NCBI RefSeq assembly: GCF_001194135.2
Contig: NC_068989.1
Location: 67,859,739-67,912,270 of the forward strand
Reading direction: 5' to 3'
DNA: 52,532 nucleotides
DNA from: Octopus bimaculoides
Taxonomy: Eukaryota
Shown: positions 48,858 through 52,532 of the stretch, piece by piece
How the letters are laid out: the number at the start of each line of letters is the position of its first letter
How positions within the stretch are numbered: the stretch's first letter is position 1
Program-made: the position numbers and the translations under genes
Notes under the pieces: generated by a model
What the model saw: the letters and a program-made list of their open reading frames with translations, nothing else
Told to the model about the DNA's origin: nothing
The model's database searches: none

Positions 48858-49768
48858 TTTGCTTTATTTCCAATCGACAGTGTATCATGCACATAAGTCG
48901 ACAATAGAATAAAAGAACTAAAAGTTATATTATTTTGGACTCAGATTTACCCGTTCGACAAACCTAATACCTACTACATATCTTATACATTATTTTCATT
49001 TGTCTTTTGAAAGTTTCCTGCTTCAAATCCGCTATACGACTCAAAAGTAATAGGACAATTACAAATATTTGGCAAAAGTTTCAGTTGAGTTTGCTTCCAG
49101 GCACCATTCTGTTAATAAATTCTTGACATTTTCTATTCATCCAACATGGAGACTGAAAACATATTAGTTTCCGTTATACAACTAAACAGTTTCATAGATT
49201 TCGTTTTGTTTTCGTATAAATGTAATTACTATACTTCCTGGTCTAGATATTTGATGACATAACTGAATGCAGATTGTCAGAGCAAAGATTTACAGATATC
49301 AAGTAAATTTAAGTCGCAAAAACAAATAGTTTTTTATCGTGAAAATATTGCTACTTAAAGAAAGTACTAAAGTAAAGGTAACTATTTATTTGTCATATAA
49401 AGCTACATAAAATACGAAAGATATAACTGCCTAAAATATCGGGGTGCAACAATTTCCGTTTCGATTCACAATCTGAATCATTAAATATTTGATATTTCTC
49501 AATATTGGTAATGTATAGGATTATGAAGGTAGCCAATTTAACATGGGATTTTCTCCATTTTTTTCATGTTGCCTTAACCTCCGCATTTCTTGAAATTCTA
49601 AGCGATATTTAGATTTACTTATCATACCTGAAGAATTACCTTGAATATCTATTCTACTTGCATTTATTGGTATCTGATTGTTTGATGAAGTTAACCAAAT
49701 TCGTTTAGCACTGAGTTCTTTATAGGTATGGGCCTTTTACTTTTTTATTCTTGTATAATAATAATAAT

Positions 49769-50047
49769 GGACTCTCCTGTCGATGGACGACATATGAGGG
49801 TTCGGCAATTTTTTTGACGAACAACGACACAGATGGTTTGTTTATAGTAATCAAATGTTTGTGTACACATAAGCTCACTTCCTCCATCAAACTGACATTA
49901 CCTGTACAGGTGCGCCGTGTGCCACATGTCAGATGGCGAAATGATCACAGAGGAACGTGAAATAAAGTGCTTTGCTCAAGAACACAACGCAACGCCCGGT
50001 CTGGGAATCGAACCTACGATCTCTCAATCACGAGCGCAACACCCTAA
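49769..50047 (-). mobile_element. tRNA-derived SINE (family C variant body)
   Basis: CAACGCCCGGTCTGGGAATCGAAC..CACCCTAA head shared with 31538-31920; tail CTCCTGTCGATGGACGAC..GAGGGTTC related; the middle differs. Confidence 0.75.
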
Positions 50048-50055
50048 GTTATGTT

Positions 50056-50140
50056 CCTTCTTCTTCTTCTTCTTCTTCTTCTTCTTCTTCTTCTTCTTCT
50101 TCTTCTTCTTCTTCTTCTTCTTCTTCTTCTTCTTCTTCTC
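50056..50140 (+). repeat. (TTC)n microsatellite
   Basis: Directly visible. Confidence 0.98.
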
Positions 50141-50219
50141 CTCTCTCCCTCCCCCCTCTTCTTAGCCAAGACTGGGCAGCCAGAGACAATATGATTTGTT
50201 GTTTCTCCATCTCCACATA

Positions 50220-50236
50220 TATCATCATCATCATCA

Positions 50237-50296
<60 letters not shown>
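50220..50296 (+). repeat. Compound (CAT)n(TAT)n microsatellite
   Basis: Directly visible. Confidence 0.97.
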
Positions 50297-50389
50297 NNNN
50301 NNNNNNNNNNNNNNNNNNNNNNNNNNNNNNNNNNNNNNNNNNNNNNNNNNNNNNNNNNNNNNNNNNNNTCTCTCTCTCTCTCTCTCTCT

Positions 50390-50431
<42 letters not shown>

Positions 50432-51177
50432 TTTTAAATGGGGAAAGCCGGTTTATGGGATTACCTTAGGTTTCCTGTCCATAAAGAGTTTAGTTTTATG
50501 GCGTATCGTCAGATCCCAAAACCCGTTGGCTCAAGACCTATTAAAAATTTGGAGGAGGAAATGCCTCACTACTCAAAGCTAACAGTTGGAGATTATCTCC
50601 TTTCGCTATTACCTACCAGCTTCCGGCTGTGCCACCAAAAACTATTACGGACCTCCTGAAATGTAAACATGGCTACCATAAACACAGTTAACAACATTAG
50701 CAACAATAACAATAATAGCACCAGCGACGGCATTGGCAGTTTCCCGACGGCATCGACAGCAGTAACAACAGCAACATCGCCATCAGCAGCAGCATTACCA
50801 ACAGCCTCCCTAACGTCCACAGTAGCAGACCTGACAACCCCTATATCAGCAGCAACAGGCCCACTGCCACCGTCAGCAGTAACAACAATAATATAATAGT
50901 TACTGAGCCGTTGCGTTTGAGCATCTAAATATACTTAGGACCCTATTGCAAGACTCCAAATAACTGTGATGTTGATATGTAGTGAGAAGGACGGGGCCAC
51001 CCAAAGTTTGCCAATTAATTTTATCTCATTTAGTAAAGTGGTTATGTGACTCCGGCCAGCAAGTCTAATGAGTCGCCTATATCACCAAGTGCAATAATAG
51101 ACATGAAACCTATGGTAACATTCTAAGAGATCATAACCAACAGTATACTGCTCGGCTACATAATATATTCTTTATGT

Positions 51178-51655
51178 TTTTTTTACTTGTTTTAACCATT
51201 ATACTATGCCCATACTGGGGAATCGCCTTGAAGGTTTAGTTGAAGAACTCGACCTTAGTACATTTTTTAAGCCTGCTACTTAATTTATCGCTCTCTTATT
51301 GCCGAACCGCCAGGTACGGGGACGTAAACAAACCAGCACTGACTGTCAGGCGGTGATGGAGGACAACCACAAAGGCACACACATACATATACACATACAT
51401 ACACACATATACATACATACATACACACAGATACGCACACTTACACGTGCACGCACGCACACACACACATACACACACACACACAAACACACACACATAA
51501 ACGGGGTTTTTCTGTCTACCAAATCTGCTCACAGGGCCTTGATCAATTTGGGGATATAGTGGAAGATACCTCTTAAAGGTGTTACGCAGTGGGACTGAGC
51601 CTGGAATTATGTAGTTGCGAAGTAAGCGCCTCAACACTCAACCACACATGCGCCT
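51178..51655 (-). mobile_element. SINE family B, full-length with internal (TG)n tract
   Basis: Minus head AGGCGCATGTGTGGTTGAG..CCAGGCTCAGTCCCACTGCG, internal microsatellite, tail AAGGCGATTCCCCAGTATGGGCATAGTATAATGGTTAAAACAAGTAAAAAA. Confidence 0.85.
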
Positions 51656-51726
51656 ACGGTGGTGCACCAGCATGACCGCAACCACTTGGCTGAAACACAT
51701 AAATAAATAAATAAATAAATAAATAA

Positions 51727-51727
<1 letters not shown>
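51656..51727 (+). mobile_element. Isolated retroposon 3' tail plus (AAAT)n
   Basis: ACGGTGGTGCACCAGCATGACCGCAACCACTTGGCTGAAACACATAAATAAAT. Confidence 0.7.
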
Positions 51728-51759
<32 letters not shown>

Positions 51760-52455
51760 AATTCATGCATATATATGTATATATAATACAATATCTATAT
51801 GTGTGTATGTGTGTGTAAATGGATGCATATATTAACAATGTACACGCACAACAAAATATATACATACATATATACACACAAATACACAGACACATAGACA
51901 GAAACACACACACACACACACATACACACTCATATATATGAATGAATGGTATTTCTAATATATTAAGCGACTACTCTTTTCATAAAATATTTTTAACTAA
52001 TGGAGTATAATCGATCGCAACTTCTGGGTTTTTGACGTTTTAGATTCAATTTATATAATTTAAAATTTCATATTAATTAATTATTTTTGCTCCACAGACA
52101 ATAACGAAACATTTAATTTCTTTTCATTATTCCTGAAAAAAGTTTGAATGGCTATTAATTTTTAAGAAAATAAAATTATATCCACTGGAGTGTGATTGGT
52201 TAGATGTAATAAAACTTTTTGCAATATTCATTAGTCAGAGTTTGTTTTACAATATTTAACGAGTCACTTCTAAATATGTTGCATTATTTTCGAATCAGAT
52301 TTTCAGAATCATTAGAGCATATTCCAGAGGAAGTCTTATTGTTCGATGAATGCATGTAACAAAAATATGCAGTAAATTTAAAAATATGTACCAGCGTTTA
52401 TATGTCTGACTAAACCGTTGAAATTTTATGCCTCAATATGGTCGCAATCCAACAT

Positions 52456-52457
<2 letters not shown>

Positions 52458-52532
<75 letters not shown>
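52458..52532 (+). repeat. (CA)n(TA)n microsatellite at the window end
   Basis: Directly visible. Confidence 0.98.

Noticed and set aside
50669-50896. Thr/Ala/Ser-rich 75-aa ORF
   Set aside because: Degenerate (ACA/GCA)n low-complexity tract with no splice signals or homology; the same applies to 45701-45922.

Overview
AT-rich animal genomic DNA from a short-read scaffold: nine N-gaps, most abutting (TA)n or other microsatellites. The repeat landscape (dense microsatellites, three tRNA-derived SINE families, CR1-type LINEs, Penelope-like elements, mariner relics) looks like an octopus genome; that assignment is inference. I find no intact, confidently identifiable host gene, and most ORFs in the supplied track are microsatellite or gap artefacts. 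Supported content: a near-complete but frameshifted CR1-type LINE ORF2 (~8.2-10.76 kb) plus a 3' fragment; a 5'-truncated CRE-clade (RLE-type) retrotransposon whose empty site can be reconstructed from a local paralog; several Penelope-like RT/GIY-YIG fragments; Tc1/mariner relics and two copies of a mariner MITE; a Helitron helicase relic; about 15 SINE copies. Most worth a second look: (i) hammerhead-ribozyme-like motifs in Penelope-type terminal repeats, one with complete secondary structure (2779-2846, minus) and one pair inside a ~360-bp foldback; (ii) diverged local duplications whose shared reading frames look like decayed multi-transmembrane, possibly class A GPCR, genes, including an inverted pair with a 168-codon ORF; (iii) a perfect head-to-head TTAGGG/CCCTAA hairpin; (iv) a 3' tail shared between the LINEs and one SINE family. 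All protein-family calls come from motif recognition by eye and need database confirmation.
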